From the NCBI RefSeq assembly GCF_009834535.1, contig NC_045696.1, forward strand, positions 34,040,001-34,104,000: a stretch of 64,000 nt of DNA. The letters are read 5' to 3'. A model generated the notes under the pieces. It made no database searches. It saw only the letters and a list, made by a program, of their open reading frames with translations, and was not told the DNA's origin. Positions 24,990 through 39,016 of the stretch are shown here, piece by piece. How positions within the stretch are numbered: position 1 is the first letter of the stretch; each line of letters begins with the position of its first letter. The translations under genes were made by a program, and so were the position numbers. The stretch comes from Camelus ferus. Taxonomy: Eukaryota.

Positions 24990-25995
24990 TGATGTAATAA
25001 GAACCAACTGGAACTTGAGTACCAACCGGGAGACCTAGGTTTTAATCGCAGATCACAGGCAGATTAGCTTAACAGTATAGATGCCTCCTTTAACTTCTCT
25101 GGTTCTTAAAAAATGAGGCTATAAATTTGGCATATGCCTGCTTGCCATAATTGTATCACATTCTCATAATAATTAAAAGAGGCATTCTGTTTACTTCCTG
25201 CTTAACTGTAAAGTCTAGCTAGCTTGCAAGAGGAATTAGTGGTGGGTTTTCCTCCTGTGAGGCCTGCATCCATCAACTGGTTGAATCCAAGCACCTTAAT
25301 AACAATACTAAGCACTTCCCTACTGCAACCTGTAGCCTGAGCTCACCCAACTTGGAGTATTCTGATGGTCATCCCAGCTCCCCAACAAGTTATGCATTCT
25401 GGCTTCCTTCCTAAGAGTCTTACCATGGTTTTGTTCCCTACCATGAAAAAAAGGTTAAAATGTATTTTGCAGGTAGAAGTCATGGGACAACTGAGAGGAA
25501 GCATATCATGGTGATTAAGAGCACAGACTCCGGAGCCAGAGTAGCCAATTTTAAATCCTGTCTCTCTGTTTTACTGGCCTTGGGCAAATTATTTAATCTC
25601 TTTGTGTATATTTTCCATCTATAAAATAGGCATAACAATACACTCTCATAAGCGATTTAATGTATTTAAAGCACTTACAACTATGCCTGGCCCATTATAT
25701 GTATGAGAGTGTTAACTATGGTTTTATTATAATTTGAGACATACTTAATTGTTAGAATCATGAGTTCTGAAACTGAATGGTCTGCCTTGAAATCCTGACT
25801 ACATCATTCATTGGCTATATGTCCTTCAGTACATCACCTAAGCTTTCTCTGCTGCAATTTCCTTGTGCACAAAAAAGGAAGTAAATAATAGTATATACTT
25901 CATATGTGGGTTAGGTGGATTAAGTAATTAATATTTGTAATGAACATAGTACAGTGCATAGCACATAATATACATGTAACAAATGTTATTTATAT
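24990..25995 (+). mobile_element. Cluster of MIR SINEs (~24990-25160, 25495-25725, 25745-25995)
   Basis: MIR core motifs gattaagagcacagactccggagccaga and ccttgggcaaattatttaatctct. Confidence 0.7.
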
Positions 25996-26099
25996 TGCTA
26001 ATGGATTGGAGTTGGAATGATCTCAAATATGTCTCCTAGAATTCTGACAAGGCCTGCTAGGTTTATATTGATCTGATTTCATGATATAAGTAAGAGAGG

Positions 26100-27005
26100 T
26101 AACACTGAGAAAATGGAGATTTAAACTGTTACAGGCGAAATATAAGATGTCCCTGAGACATCCAAGTAGAGATTTCAGTTAGGAATTGGATATAAATCTC
26201 AGAAATTTTACAAAAGTTTATCTAAGTAAAATTTTAGGAGCCTTCACTATGAAGTCAGAGAGGTTTAGAGACTCTATTCTAAGCTCTTAGGAAATCCTGA
26301 ACTTTGAGGTTAAACTGAGGAGACAGAGCAAGCAAATGAGACAGAGATACTGAAAACAGCAATTAAACAAACAGGAAAGCGAGAAGAGTGTGGAATCTTG
26401 AAGTCTGGGAGAGACCAGAGCTTTCAGAAGGAGCTGCTGGCTGTTTGTGAAGTTATCATTCCGGCAACCGAAATAAGGAGAGAAAAGTGTTCACTGCTTT
26501 CATCATTTACACTTGATCTTAGCCAAAAAGCCGAGAAGCCATTGGTTTCATCATTTAAAGGTTGGTCCAACTTGACAACAGGTTTCAGGCAGAGTGATCA
26601 GGATAGAAGTTAGTCTGAAAAAGACTTCAAGGAAAAGAAGTGGACAAAGTCAGTGTAGACAACTTTTCAGTTAGATTTGCTAAGAAAGAAAGAGAAATTG
26701 AGGCAGTCACTGGAGAGGAATTTGAAGTCAAGAAAGGGCTTTTTGAAAGATGATTCTGCTAGAATCCGACTGTATTTATAAATTATATGCATAATTTAAA
26801 AGTTCAAAGTAAATAAACAAGCAACTGAGAAAAGCAGAGGTATATAGGATGGATACAGAGAGCATGTGAGGGGTGGGTGGTTTGCCATTGTCAGGGGGAG
26901 GGACATTTTATTATAATAAGAGGAGAAAAGGATGAATTCAGACCCAAGTAGTTTGTAGTTTGGTGACAGGAATTGAGTAGAACCTAAATTTAGCAGTTTG
27001 TACTT
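26100..27005 (+). mobile_element. L2 LINE fragment
   Basis: tgagacatccaagtagagat and agtgtagacaacttttcagttagatttgc, typical of L2. Confidence 0.65.
26508..26542 (-). pseudogene. RNU2: U2 snRNA 5'-end retro-fragment (~35 nt, no poly-A tail)
   Basis: Reverse complement ATGGCTTCTCGGCTTTTTGGCTAAGATCAAGTGTA vs U2 5' end ATCGCTTCTCGGCCTTTTGGCTAAGATCAAGTGTA (2 mismatches); 15-bp TSD tg[c/g]tttcatcattta at 26495-26509 and 26543-26557. Confidence 0.93.
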
Positions 27006-27011
27006 TTTTAG

Positions 27012-27530
27012 GTATTGTACCAGTTAAGATTTAGTGAAGAAAAGAGAAATCACTTCAGAGGTTTACAGGGAAAGGAACACAATGCAGGGAATCGGATATG
27101 CAGTGGTGGAGTTACTGAGCACCCAGGTCAGGACCCTGAGACAACACAGAGATTCTGGATAGCAGGGTCTCACCACCACCCCTAGATAGGAAGATCACAG
27201 GTAGGAGGTGGGTTATTGATTCCAGGGCTGAGGTGACCCCACAGAAGCCAGAAATAGCGAGCTTACCCAACAGGAACAAGTAGAAATGCAGCTGCTGTCG
27301 GAGACTCCAAGACATAGGGACAGAGGACAAGGAAAGATCTGGCTTCCTCCTTCCTGCTCTCATACTGGCCCACCAGAGCCTCCCCACACCCCCCCTCCCT
27401 GGCAAACCCAGCAGGCAATCAGGTGACAGCTCGGGGTTTCAGACTTATTTCTTTGCCAAAGAGAAGATCAGAGTGGGAATTAGGGAGAGGACGCAGCTGA
27501 GAGCAAACAGGGCTTAGGCACCCACAAATG
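27012..27530 (-). mobile_element. ERVL-class LTR (LTR33-like)
   Basis: Starts tgtaccagttaagatttagtgaagaaaagagaaatcact and has a GC-richer LTR-type body. Confidence 0.45.
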
Positions 27531-28673
27531 TAAAATGATGTCATTGGTATAAACCGGGGATGAGAGATGAGGAGAAATGGTGAGTTTAAGGAGCAAGGAA
27601 AAGAGATAACCTGGCCATTTTGAAACGAGTTGAGTGAGCTTAACAGAGACAAAAATGAGGCTGAGTTTTAAGCTAAATCGTGTGTAATTGCCATATTTGT
27701 GGGTCAAAAATATATAATATTGAAAATGGCATAGAGTTAAAACTAAGAGTAGTTTTTTCATTTTAATGTAAGGGATAGAACTATAAAATTATGGTGTATA
27801 TTAAGAGATAATTTGTATAATTTACTACCTGATAATATTTTTGTTGTTAATATTTGACAGTAAGTCATATAGTTGTGCTATGACTTATCTAAGCTGGCAG
27901 GCCTCAAAGAATGACACTATTTTGCTAAATTTACCAAGTTTTAAGGTATAAGAGTAAACTTGTAAGTAGGAAATGGAACTGTTATCAATATGACTAGAAA
28001 TAAATTGGTTGTTGAGGAGACAAACTAATAACTATAGACACGTGACGCTGGTGTGGAATGAATACCTACTGATGTCTGTATTAACTTACAATGGAAACTA
28101 CAACTCTCCAGTCACTGGACTGCTTGCATCCGTGATCCAGAGCACAGTAGTTCTCCTCTTTCTTCTCCAAGATGCCTGAGAATCTACTTTACTGATCCAG
28201 TTTGTTAAGTCCTAATAAGCACAGAATTAAAGCGAAGGTAATTGGATTGCCTTGTGGGTGACTTACCAAGGCCAGAAGGAACCCTGTTGAAATACCCTTG
28301 TTCCCTACATGGAAGTCCTCTCTTATAATCTAGTTTATTGTGTCCTGGGAGGCTCAGTACCACTGCAGCCAGTGCCTCATCTACACCATCATGTTTTATC
28401 TTACTGATTCTACTGTTTCTTCCTGGTTCCCTATCTTTCAACACATCTCTGACTGATGTAGGGTTAGACTAGTGTTAAATTTCCATGGTGTGAGTCTTCT
28501 GTTTTTACGAGTTGAAGGTTTTGTTGTTCACTCTCAGAAGCCAGCTCTGTCCCCTTTGTTTCTAAGTTCTTGGGTGGGAAATGGGGGAAAGGCAGACAAG
28601 GCATTGTTACCTCCTTGTTGTACAAAAAGTTATTATTTGCTGGAATCATCAAAGAGAGATTAAGAACAATGAG

Positions 28674-28675
<2 letters not shown>

Positions 28676-28759
<84 letters not shown>

Positions 28760-28764
28760 TGTGT
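28676..28764. repeat. Compound (TG)n(AG)n microsatellite
   Basis: About 18 TG units followed directly by about 23 GA units with one interruption. Confidence 0.97.
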
Positions 28765-30828
28765 TAAACCTGTTATAAAATAAATGTTGGATCTCTAATT
28801 TCATGGTGAACTACTCTTATTTCATATATATTCCTGTGCCACTCTGCAATGGATGAAAGCCTTTTTTTCAGACCATCTTGATTCTTTCCCAGAATTAAGG
28901 GTTATGACTCAGTGAAATATTTGACAATATTGTTCAATGGAGCAGCATATGGCTAAACTTGCTATAACATGCATGGCTGCTAGAAGTAAAACTACATACA
29001 ATTTGTCCTGGTAGAAATGCCAGATAAATTCATCTTGCTATTCTATAATGGGAAAGAACTATGTTTAGTTCTACCATATCTTCAGATTATTACCTTACAA
29101 TCCATTTCATTCCTCAGCAAATTTAAGTAGCCATAAGGTACAATACTGCTCTTCAGTGAATGAACAGCAAAAGATCTCCTTGATCAAGTTTTTTCTATCT
29201 ATGCTATTGAGCACAGCTATTTCCTGGAAAGGGCCAATTAAAGTTAGAATTGAAAAAAAGATCCAATAATCATTTTTGAAGGAGAATTCTAGAATAAAGC
29301 TTTTGGAGCATGGCTTACAGCTTTTCTACTGTGGAAAGCCCTACCTTTTAGACCAAGAAAATGGTGGCTATATATAAAGATACTGACTTGTAATATGATT
29401 AATTTCCAACTTTTAGTACGAATAAAATTGGAAACTAAAATGAGCAGATGGAGTTACAAAACTATTTCTTATTAGGAGTTAATTATTCAAAGTTAAGAGT
29501 GAATGAGAAATAATATTTGACTATGCCAATTCCACATATCTCTGAGAATTATTGTTTTCACATAAATCTGGCATTCTTTTTTCCAGGAAACGTCTGAGAG
29601 GTAATACATGATTTATTGGCCCAAACATTTAGGTAAGGTTGTTTATAATTTTAGAAAATATTTACAAAGAGCAAGATTAGAGTAATTCCAAGTTACCATT
29701 AGATTACATAAGACACAAACAATGACTAAGAACCAAGGCAATACCCTTCTTGGTAACAGTCACCTCTTTGGGGCTAAAATTTAATCTACATTTAGTATTT
29801 TCTCTAAAGCCAAAATATTTTTAAGAAAATGTGGTAGATCAGAATATGAAGTAATGACATTGGCCAATAGAAAGATTATCGTTTCCTTATGAACATGTTA
29901 GTTTGAAGTCCATTTCATTAACTTTAAACTCATAGTTCTATAAAAGTGTAATCTACTAAAAATAACTAACTAAATAAGCTTTATGTTTACTAAACTCCTT
30001 GCAAAGTAAGGTAAACACTGATAACACAATAACTGCAAGTTATTTAATACTTGTCCTAGTGGTGTTACACTTGATTTATGTTAGATTACATGAGGACTTG
30101 GTCTAGTTTTTCAAAAATTGAAAGAAAAATAACCACAAGCCATGCAACTGCATCTTAAGCAATAAAAAATTCTCCTTGATAATCAGATTGTTAACTACTA
30201 AAAGTTGCAGTTTTTACACTAATGGAGTATAAAACAGATCTATTCTTGCATTATTCAAGAAATATTCACAGGGCTTATGTGCGGGAGCTTGTTAGACACT
30301 AACACAAATGAATCATACTCAGATTCTGAGCTTGTGGTCTAGTTAGGATACAACATGGCCATAAAGAACCATAATGGAAGGTACAAAGTGATGACAAGCA
30401 TCTGCTTAATTTCCGGCACTTTTAATGCATCCAGTCTTCCTCAAAACCATTTTATCAAGAGAACATAAAAGCTGTTCATACACAACCATACCACTTGAAG
30501 ACTTTTTCTTGGAATTTTCTTGCTTGGAATTTTCTCTGAGCTTTCTCTATATCTGACTGTGAACATAGATTTCCAATATTCCATTGTGGCGTCATGGCTT
30601 GACGTACTACTTCTCCTTCCTCTTCTGGCTTACTGACTTCCACTACCCACTTAGTCGTGGCTTGGTTTGCATCTCTGAATTTACCCTCCACAAAAACTCC
30701 ATTAAGAGACATTTCTACTACTTATCCTGGATTTAAGCATGACTTGGTCAGAAAAAGGGAAGGAGTTTCAGATAAAGGAAAAATAGGGAGGAATTGTGAT
30801 TAGAAGATGCTGCCTAGAAAGGGAAGTG

Positions 30829-31265
30829 CAGTAGTTGCTCATTCTTTATGCTCAGTTATGTTCTATAGAGGCACAGTGGACACTGAATTTGCAAATACCA
30901 AACCATTGCTTCCAGAGGAATACTGAGTCTGAGCATCTGGTCACAACATTTTTGTCAACCAATCAATAAATAACCTTGTTTTATGTATACTTCTGTTCAG
31001 AGACACCTTATTTAATAAATACTGTTGATTCATTAACATTGAACTCATGGCCAATAGCATATAATTCACACCTGAACAAAGCTTATCTAACACATATATT
31101 TTCTCCACAAGGCACACTCCAGCCTTCTTGCACTTAGAAACACCATACAGCACTGCAGCAGTATACTTGGGGGCTATTTTAGACAATGAAATCACCCCCC
31201 CAAAAAAAACACACACACAAAAAAATGTGGAAAATGATACTAAATATGCTACGAAAAGGACAAGT
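30829..31265 (+). mobile_element. MER82-like TcMar-Tigger element, partial
   Basis: agttatgttctatagag...gacactgaatttgcaaataccaaaccattgct...tggtcacaacatttttgtcaaccaatcaata matches the recalled MER82 5' end. Confidence 0.75.
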
Positions 31266-34200
31266 GCTATCTGGAAAACATGACCACCTCCAGGACAAAG
31301 GGCTGAGGGAAAAAGGAGACAGTGATGCTATTCATACGAAGAAGCCAGCACTAGGAGTGTGAGGTGAACGTGATAACCACTACACTATGGAAATGCTTTA
31401 GAAGGAGAATTTAAAACTAGGTGGAATGTACTATGGGACTTGGAACTGAAAAAAGATATCTTTGCAGTAGACCCTGTCTGTGCCGGGAGATTCCTGTGAG
31501 TGCATCCCAGAGGCTAAACCTTGTCAGAAGGCAGCTGACTTTGGAGCCTAGGAAATACACTAAGCATGAAACTGCTTAGCGGCAGCGGGGTGGGACATGG
31601 AAGCCAACAGAGTAGGAGAAGCATGAGAAATGGTTCCAAGTACAAACAGGCTCAGCACCAGCGTAGAACTGAGCCACACGTGTCCCACCTCTCTTCAGCC
31701 TAAATACAATGGGTGTGGAAAGCCTCTACATTAAGCAAAGCAGAAGCATTGAGATATTTTACTATGTACAGTAACATGATCTGTATGTCCCATGCTGCGC
31801 TACAATAATCAAAAGAGATCAGGGGCAACTATATGTATATATACACACGAGCTCCGAGTTAGAAATTTAAGTCATGGCCCATTTGGTCAAAAGTTCACCA
31901 AATAGAAGTTGCTCTCAAAGTGAAAAAGACAACTGAATACATTCAATAAAAAGACTAGACCTATAGATTACAACTTAACTGTATTTTTACAGGAATATTA
32001 GAAGCCTGGGTTCCAAACTATCAAGTAGGGTGAAGCTGTGAATATTTTTCTAATGTGCCTTCCTTAAGCATAAATATATCACTTAACTATCACTTATCAT
32101 GTCTCTTCTGCTGGCTAAAGGCTTCTGAGCTTTTACAATTTATTACATGTCAAAGCACCTTCCTAATATAGTATTTTTGTCATGTCTAAATAATATATAT
32201 TTATTTTCTGCTTAAGGAGTCTCCCAAACTGGCTTTTAAAATATCAGTAGAAACCTATATCCCAAAGGTGGCATATATATTTTTACTTGAAATAAGACTG
32301 GAACATATTCCTTTTAAAATAATTCTACAAATATAATTAATTAGACAGCTTAAAACTGGATTTTTAAATTCTTTTTAAAGGTTTTTGTTTTTTTTTTTTT
32401 TTTTTTTTTTTTTTTGGAGTCTTCCTTCAAGAAGGACAGAGCATGCTAGCAGTCAGCTTCAGAAGAATGGGTAAGATTTATCTATGTTTGTACACAGACT
32501 TTGACAATTACCTTCAGGATAGTTTTCCAATTAACTATTATTTTTAGACTTAAACTTCCAATTGTAGGGCAATTGATTTACTGGCCAAATGAAAAAATTA
32601 AAGCTAACAAAAAACAATAATGCTTCACTGTTTAACACTTATTTTATTTCCTGGTACGAAAGATTGGAGCTGTTTAAATATCAGGAATAATCATAGCTTC
32701 AATTTTCTCAACCAAATTTCTCATCTTAGTTGGCAACCTTGTAAGCACTGAACTGAAAAGTTTTGGAGGCTTACCTCCAGTATAGGGACCTTAACAGATT
32801 AAAAGTTACGGTGGTCACAGCCCAGTGAGCCTCCCCATTGGTAGTGGCCTTACACCTGAATTTCACCTTCTCCAGGACAAAGCAGACTCACCATGAAACT
32901 AGAAAGCAACTGGAGGGTCACCGAGTCACCATATTGCTTATGGAAAGCTAGATTTTATTTCACATTGATATTTTGTTTCTGACCAAAATATAGAAGATGT
33001 GGAACTGTACTTAGAAATGGGTCTAGGTAGTGAAAGAAGATGAAAGGAATTTGCCCTTCTGCTTTCTTTCACACTATATAAAAACAGGACTACCTCTTTC
33101 TGTGAGTCATTAGATTCAGAAACAAAGAAGATTCCAAACATTCATCCAGGATTTGCTTACTCGAATTGACCTGCATGTGGCATCCATTTGTCCTCAGAAA
33201 TACAGACAGCTATGCATCATGTACAACCAAATTTTTTTTTGTGGTCAACGATCACCACATTTCCTCCATTCATCTTGTGGAATGGAGATGATTACCGAGT
33301 TTGATAGAGCATTTTATTATTAATAAAACTTGTACCATATGCATATACACAATTTTGGATTCTTTAAGTATAAACCAAAATATAGTTATTCCTTTAAATT
33401 AGCTGTCCAGCAAGCTTCTTTGTCTTGTAGAACTTTAATAAATATATGATTTGTTTGAATTCCATTACCAGATAAGTTAAATTTCAAATTTAGGTTTAAA
33501 TGCTTATTTTAGAAGTACCATATGCCTCAAGATTTAAAGGAATAAGGGAAAGTGGTTAACTTCTTTATGTCACCACTCCCGTCAAAAGTTGAATGAAAAT
33601 GAATAAACTCAAACTAGATGATTTTAGGTAAAGATCAATTAAAAGTTTCTGATCTCCTAAGACAAAAATGTTCCTTTTTTTAAATAAAGCATTGCCCTTT
33701 ATATGGTTTTAGATGATCAAATAATTTATAACAAATGAGTTTTTTTCATTTATCAACTGCTTAGAGCATAAATATGTTAGTACTTTTGAGCCTGAAATAT
33801 CACTTCCTCTCAATTAGTTGCATCCCAGCCAACTTGCTTTGAGTTTTATAACAGACTAGACCAATATTTTTGTCACTCCCCTCAAATCAAAGCTTTGATA
33901 CATCATCCTTACTGTAATTAACACCTCTTAAATTTAATCTATTTCATGTGTTCATATGGTGCATAGTATTTAAATGTACTGCTATTTGGACACACATCTA
34001 TGGACTAGAATCACCAGATGATAACTTAGAATTCTAAAAGATATTTAATAGTTTCACAGTTAGAATGAAGTGGTAGATTTGGCAACTTTATGGGACAAAG
34101 TGTTATGGAAAGCCAACCCAAACAATTAATACTTGTAATTCTTGCTTCAAAATCAACAACTATTAATATTATCTTTATTTGTTTCTATTTAAACACTTTC

Positions 34201-34434
34201 ATACTAGAGTTCTGTTAGAAATAAATGTCTGGGCGTGTGGTGCTCCATTGTCTGGGACATGTGGAATATGTGCCCAAATTGGAGTTGGCATTAGGATGTG
34301 GATATATCTGGGGGGCTACAATTAGCCTATCACAGGTACTAATGCATTCTGGGAGAGCTGGTTTCAATTGTCCCTGTATTTCTACACATGTTGATTAACT
34401 GATACCAAAATTTAAATATCTAATTAAAAATATT

Positions 34435-34922
34435 TATAAGGAGAAACAACAGCCCCAGAGAGGTCCTGCATCCTAGCCCTTGGAACCTGTGAAGATCTTA
34501 CCTTACATGGCAAAAGAGATTTTGCAGATTAAGGTTAAAGACCTTGGGATGTGGAGTTCATCTTGGAATATCTAAGCGGATCCAGTGAAATCACTGACTC
34601 CTTAAAAGTGAAGGACCTTTTCCAGCTGCGGTCAGAGGGAACTGTCAGCATGAGAAGAATTTGACATCTCTTTGCTGTTTTTGAAATGTAGGGGGTCATG
34701 TGCAAAAAGCAGAGAGAGTCCTCCAAAGGCTGGAAAAGTCAGGGAAAGATTCTCTCCCAGAGCCTATAAGAGGGAAAGCAACTTAGCTAACACCTTAATT
34801 TTAGCCCAGTGAGACCTATGTTGAACTACTGACTTACAGAAATGTAAGATAATATATTTGTGCTGTTTAACGTCACTAAATTTGTAGCAACTTATAAATC
34901 ACAGCAATGGAAAATGACATAA
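34435..34922 (+). mobile_element. MLT1D-type MaLR LTR
   Basis: ggaacctgtgaagatcttaccttacatggcaaaagagattttgcaga ... ttagcccagtgagacctatgttgaact. Confidence 0.8.
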
Positions 34923-35571
34923 TGTCTGAATTCAGTTCATTACTAATTCATTTCTTCATGTTTCCATAGCCACAAAATTTCATCAGAAAGGAAATTTCAA
35001 AAACTAAAGGTAAGGTTTTATCATCAACAATAAAGGCTGACTGAGATCAAAGGAGAAAGTTTTTCTGGAACACAGGTCTTTCCTGATATCTAATCAATTA
35101 CACCACCCTGATTTTCCTTCAGGACTATCTCAGATATGTTCTTCTATCTATATATATCTTGAAAACATGAGCTATTTCTATATGAGATCATTATTTACAA
35201 AGGAGACAGGAAATTGTTGCTACAGATGTGCTGCTGGTGGCAGGAAGCCAAGATTTTGTAATCACCATTTATCACTGTGGTTTGCGTATTTGCTTCTGTT
35301 CTTCCCAGATCAGCTAAGGTTCATGAAGGTTGAGGCTGGCTATCTTATCCATCATTTACCTGACCCCTCACTTCTCTACTCCTGCCTCTAACACAATGTC
35401 TGGTACTAGAAAGGCACTTATTAACATATTTGTTGAAAGAAAATAAAAATGTACCACCAACATCTTTTTTTTAAAGGAAGAAAGTGACTTCATCTAATAC
35501 TCCCAAAATAATCTCTATTAATATTTTGGTGATATTTATGTATCCATAACAGAAAATAAAATCTAACTGTA

Positions 35572-36205
35572 CAGTTGTCCTTTGGTGTCCATGGGGGATG
35601 GATTCCAGGACCCCCACAGATACCAAAGTTTGAGGATGCTCAAGTCCTTCATATAAAATGGTACAGTAATAGATTCACAGATATAGAGAACAAACTAGTG
35701 GTTACCAACGGGGAGTGGTAAAGGGGGAGGGGCAATATCGAGGTAGGGGAGTAAGAGGTAGAAACTATTAAGTACAAAATAAGCTACAAGGATATATCGT
35801 ACAATATAAGGAGTATAGCCAATATTTTATAATAACTATAAGTGGACTATAACCTCTAAAAAATATGAAGCATTGTACACCTATAACTTACATACCATTG
35901 TACAGTGACTATACTTCAACAAAAAATTTAAAAATTAAAAAAAATTTTAAATGGCATAGTATTTACATATGTATTATTTACATATAACCTGCACACATCC
36001 TCCCATTTACTTTAAATCATCTCTAGGTTATTTATAATACCTTATGCAATGTAAATGCTATGTAAATATTTGCCTGCATGAGAGACAAATTCAGGTTTTG
36101 CTTTTTGGAACTTTTCTGGAATTTTTTTAATGAATATCTTTGATCTCTGATTGGTTGAATCCACGAATGCAAAACCTATGGATACGTGTATACAGGGCAG
36201 ACTAT
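35572..36205 (+). mobile_element. MER2 (Tigger-type) element interrupted by an L1 3' end
   Basis: ta|cagttgtcctttggtgtccatgggggatggattccaggaccccc ... gattggttgaatccacgaatgcaaaacctatggatac. Confidence 0.85.
35669..35948 (+). mobile_element. Short L1 3' end nested in MER2
   Basis: cacagatatagagaacaaactagtggttacc ... gactatacttcaa plus A-rich tail; TSD aaatggtacagta (35656-35668) / aaatggcatagta (35949-35961). Confidence 0.85.
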
Positions 36206-37037
36206 ATACATGCCGTGGGCAGTCAAGGCTAGGATAGCTGAGTCTTGTCCTAGGCTCAGTAGATAGATGATGTACAAAGACAGATAATCATTTTAAAATT
36301 CCAACCAATTATTTGTGATGTTTGGAAATTATTATTAACCTATGGGTAATCAGCAATATGGCATTGATGATGAAGTAAGAAAAATGCCTAGAACCAGAAA
36401 GAGCTGGGTAATGAGACTCAATAAAACAGTGTTTGCACACAGAGTAATTGATCATGCCAAAATTCCTGAACAATACGCGTGGATTATGAGGGCTTTCCAT
36501 TGAGTGAACTAGGAGAAATGCCAGAATTTCACTCAATAAGCACCTGTTTTTCAATATCATTTTTTACCCTTTGTTGAAACCTGATTTCTTTTAACTTACT
36601 GCCCATATACAGGTGCAACTTAAGCGAGTTTTCTGTGGTAGAATATTCATTATGTCCAACCTCCACACAGTCATCTGTGGGCCCTTCATTTACATAATGT
36701 CACAAACAGGACACTGGCAAAATTTGGTTTTAAAAATTGATGTCAGAAGTCTCAAACTGAAAAGTGTATGTATGAGACCTTGAATCCCAGGGTGACAATA
36801 TCAGTAATCCACCAATGGCAACAAACACAGGGCCTTTTTAGGTAATCTAAGCATCCAGGTTTTCTAAAGCCAGAAGGAAGGAAAAGAGGTGGAGAGATAA
36901 CCATCCACAGAGACAAATATTACGCTACGATTGTTGAGCAAGGCAAAAACGAGGAAATACAGCTAATGGGAGAAGTTCAGAAGCTCTGGTTGGAAACCTT
37001 AATTTTGCAAATACATGAGCAAAGAGAAGATATAATT

Positions 37038-38300
37038 ATACACAAAAATGAATCAAAATGGCTTAGAGACTTAAATATAAGACAAGACATGATAAATCTC
37101 CTAGAAGAAAACATGGGCAAAACATTCTTGACATAAATCTTAGTAATGTTTTCCTAGGGTAGTCTACCCAGGCAATGGAAATAAGAGCAAAAATAAACAA
37201 ATGGGACCAAATTAAAGTTATAAGCTGCACAGCAAATGAAATCATAAGCAACAAGATGACAACCTATGGAATAGGAGAAAATATTTGCTAATGATGAGAC
37301 TGACAAAGGCTTAATTTCCAGACTATATAAACAGCTCATACAACTTAATAACAAAAAACCCAATCCAAAAATGGGCAGAAGACCTAAACAAGCAATTCTT
37401 CAATGAAGACATATAAATGGCCAATAGGCACATGAAAAAATGCTCAGTATCACAAATTATCAGAGAAATGCAAGCCAAATCTATAATGAGGTATCACCTC
37501 ACACCAGTCAGAATGGCCATCATTTAAAAGTCTATGAACAATAAATGCTGGAGAGGGTGTGGAGAAAAGGGAATCCTCCTACACTGCTGGTGGGAATGTA
37601 GTTTGGTGCAGCCATTACGGAAACCACTATGGAGATTCCTCAAAAAACTAAAGATAGACTTACCATATGACCCATCAATCCCACTCCTGGGTGTATGTCT
37701 GGAGGGGATTCTAATTCAAAAAGTACATGCACCCCAATGTTCATAGCAGCACTATATACAATAGCCAAGACATGGAAGTAACCTAAATGTCCATCTACAG
37801 ATGACTGAATAAAGAAGTTGTGGTGTATTTTTACAATGGAATATACCCAGCCATAAAAAAAGAATAAAATAATGCCATTTGCAGCAATGTGGATGGACCT
37901 GGAGATCATCATACTAGGTGAAGTAAGCCAGAAAGAGAAAGAAAATACCATACATCACTTTAATGTGGAATCTAAAAAATGTCACAAATGAACTTATTTA
38001 CAAAACAGAAACAGACTCACAGACATAGAAAACAAACTTATGGTTACCAGGGGGAGAAGAGGGTGGGAAGGGATAAATTTGGGAGTTTGAGATTTACAAA
38101 TGTTAGTCACTATATATAAAAATATATTTTTAAAAAGTTTCTGCTGTATAGTACAGTGATCTATGTTTAGTATCTTGTAATAATCTTTAATGAAAAAGAA
38201 TATAAAAACAAATTGTGTGTGTGTGTGTGTGTATCTGGGACATTGTGCTGTACACTAGAAATTGATACATTGTAACTGATGGTAATTCAATTAAAAAAAG
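37038..38300 (+). mobile_element. 5'-truncated L1 (ORF2 C-terminus plus 3' UTR and A-rich tail)
   Basis: ORF 37534-37746 ([18 protein letters not shown]...[15 protein letters not shown]) is the L1 ORF2 cysteine-rich domain; 3' UTR with (TG)n and tail. Confidence 0.95.
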
Positions 38301-39016
38301 AGAGAAATAGAAAAGAAAATGAAAACATTTTATTATGGTCCAAATTCAGCTCTGGGAAGATTTCCTCAATGTAGGTACAGAGCAAGCTGGGACTTGACCA
38401 AGTTTGCCCTTGCTGAAGTCACAATCCTGGACATCACCAGTCCTACAAGGGCCACAGAGTAATTGAGTGAGCCAATGCACCCTGCCCTAACCTGGTGAAT
38501 ATGAAAGTAATAAGATACGAACAAAATGAATTAACCAAGAAGAGACTGAATATGCATTTGTGCCAAGATATCAAAGGTATATTAACTCATTCTTTGTAGC
38601 TCTCATAGCATTTCTGTATTAAGTCTTGAAGGAAGACACAGGATTAGCCACAATTGTATCTTCACACTGATGATATCCTACTTAATATAATAAACTGATG
38701 TAGCCTCTGGATATAGTACCAAACCATCTACACAGTCTGGCTGGGGAATTAACCCCAGGAAAATGTAAGGCTCAAATCAAGTCAACTAATCCCTGTGAAT
38801 ACATTGGCTAAAGTACACATAAAATTTTCTATTTCCAGCACACTCATAGCTGCTAGAAATCACTCCTTCCATCTCCTAGGAGCTAGGAGACTCTGAAGTA
38901 AAGTATATTGGGCTACTGAATTGTGTATATGATACATTTAGTTTTTAGGAATCTTCATATATACATATAAATATGTGTGTGTGTGTATATATATGTGTGT
39001 GTGTGTGTATAACTAC

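Noticed and set aside
28570..28778. ORFs with VCVC/RERE repeats
   Set aside because: Translation of the (TG)n(AG)n microsatellite
30476..30712. 78-aa ATG-started - strand ORF
   Set aside because: Looks like an old LTR read antisense, contains a local cttggaattttct duplication, and has no splice or homology support
37063..37951. ORFs over the L1 at 37-38 kb
   Set aside because: Frameshifted L1 ORF2 remnants and their antisense frames, not host genes
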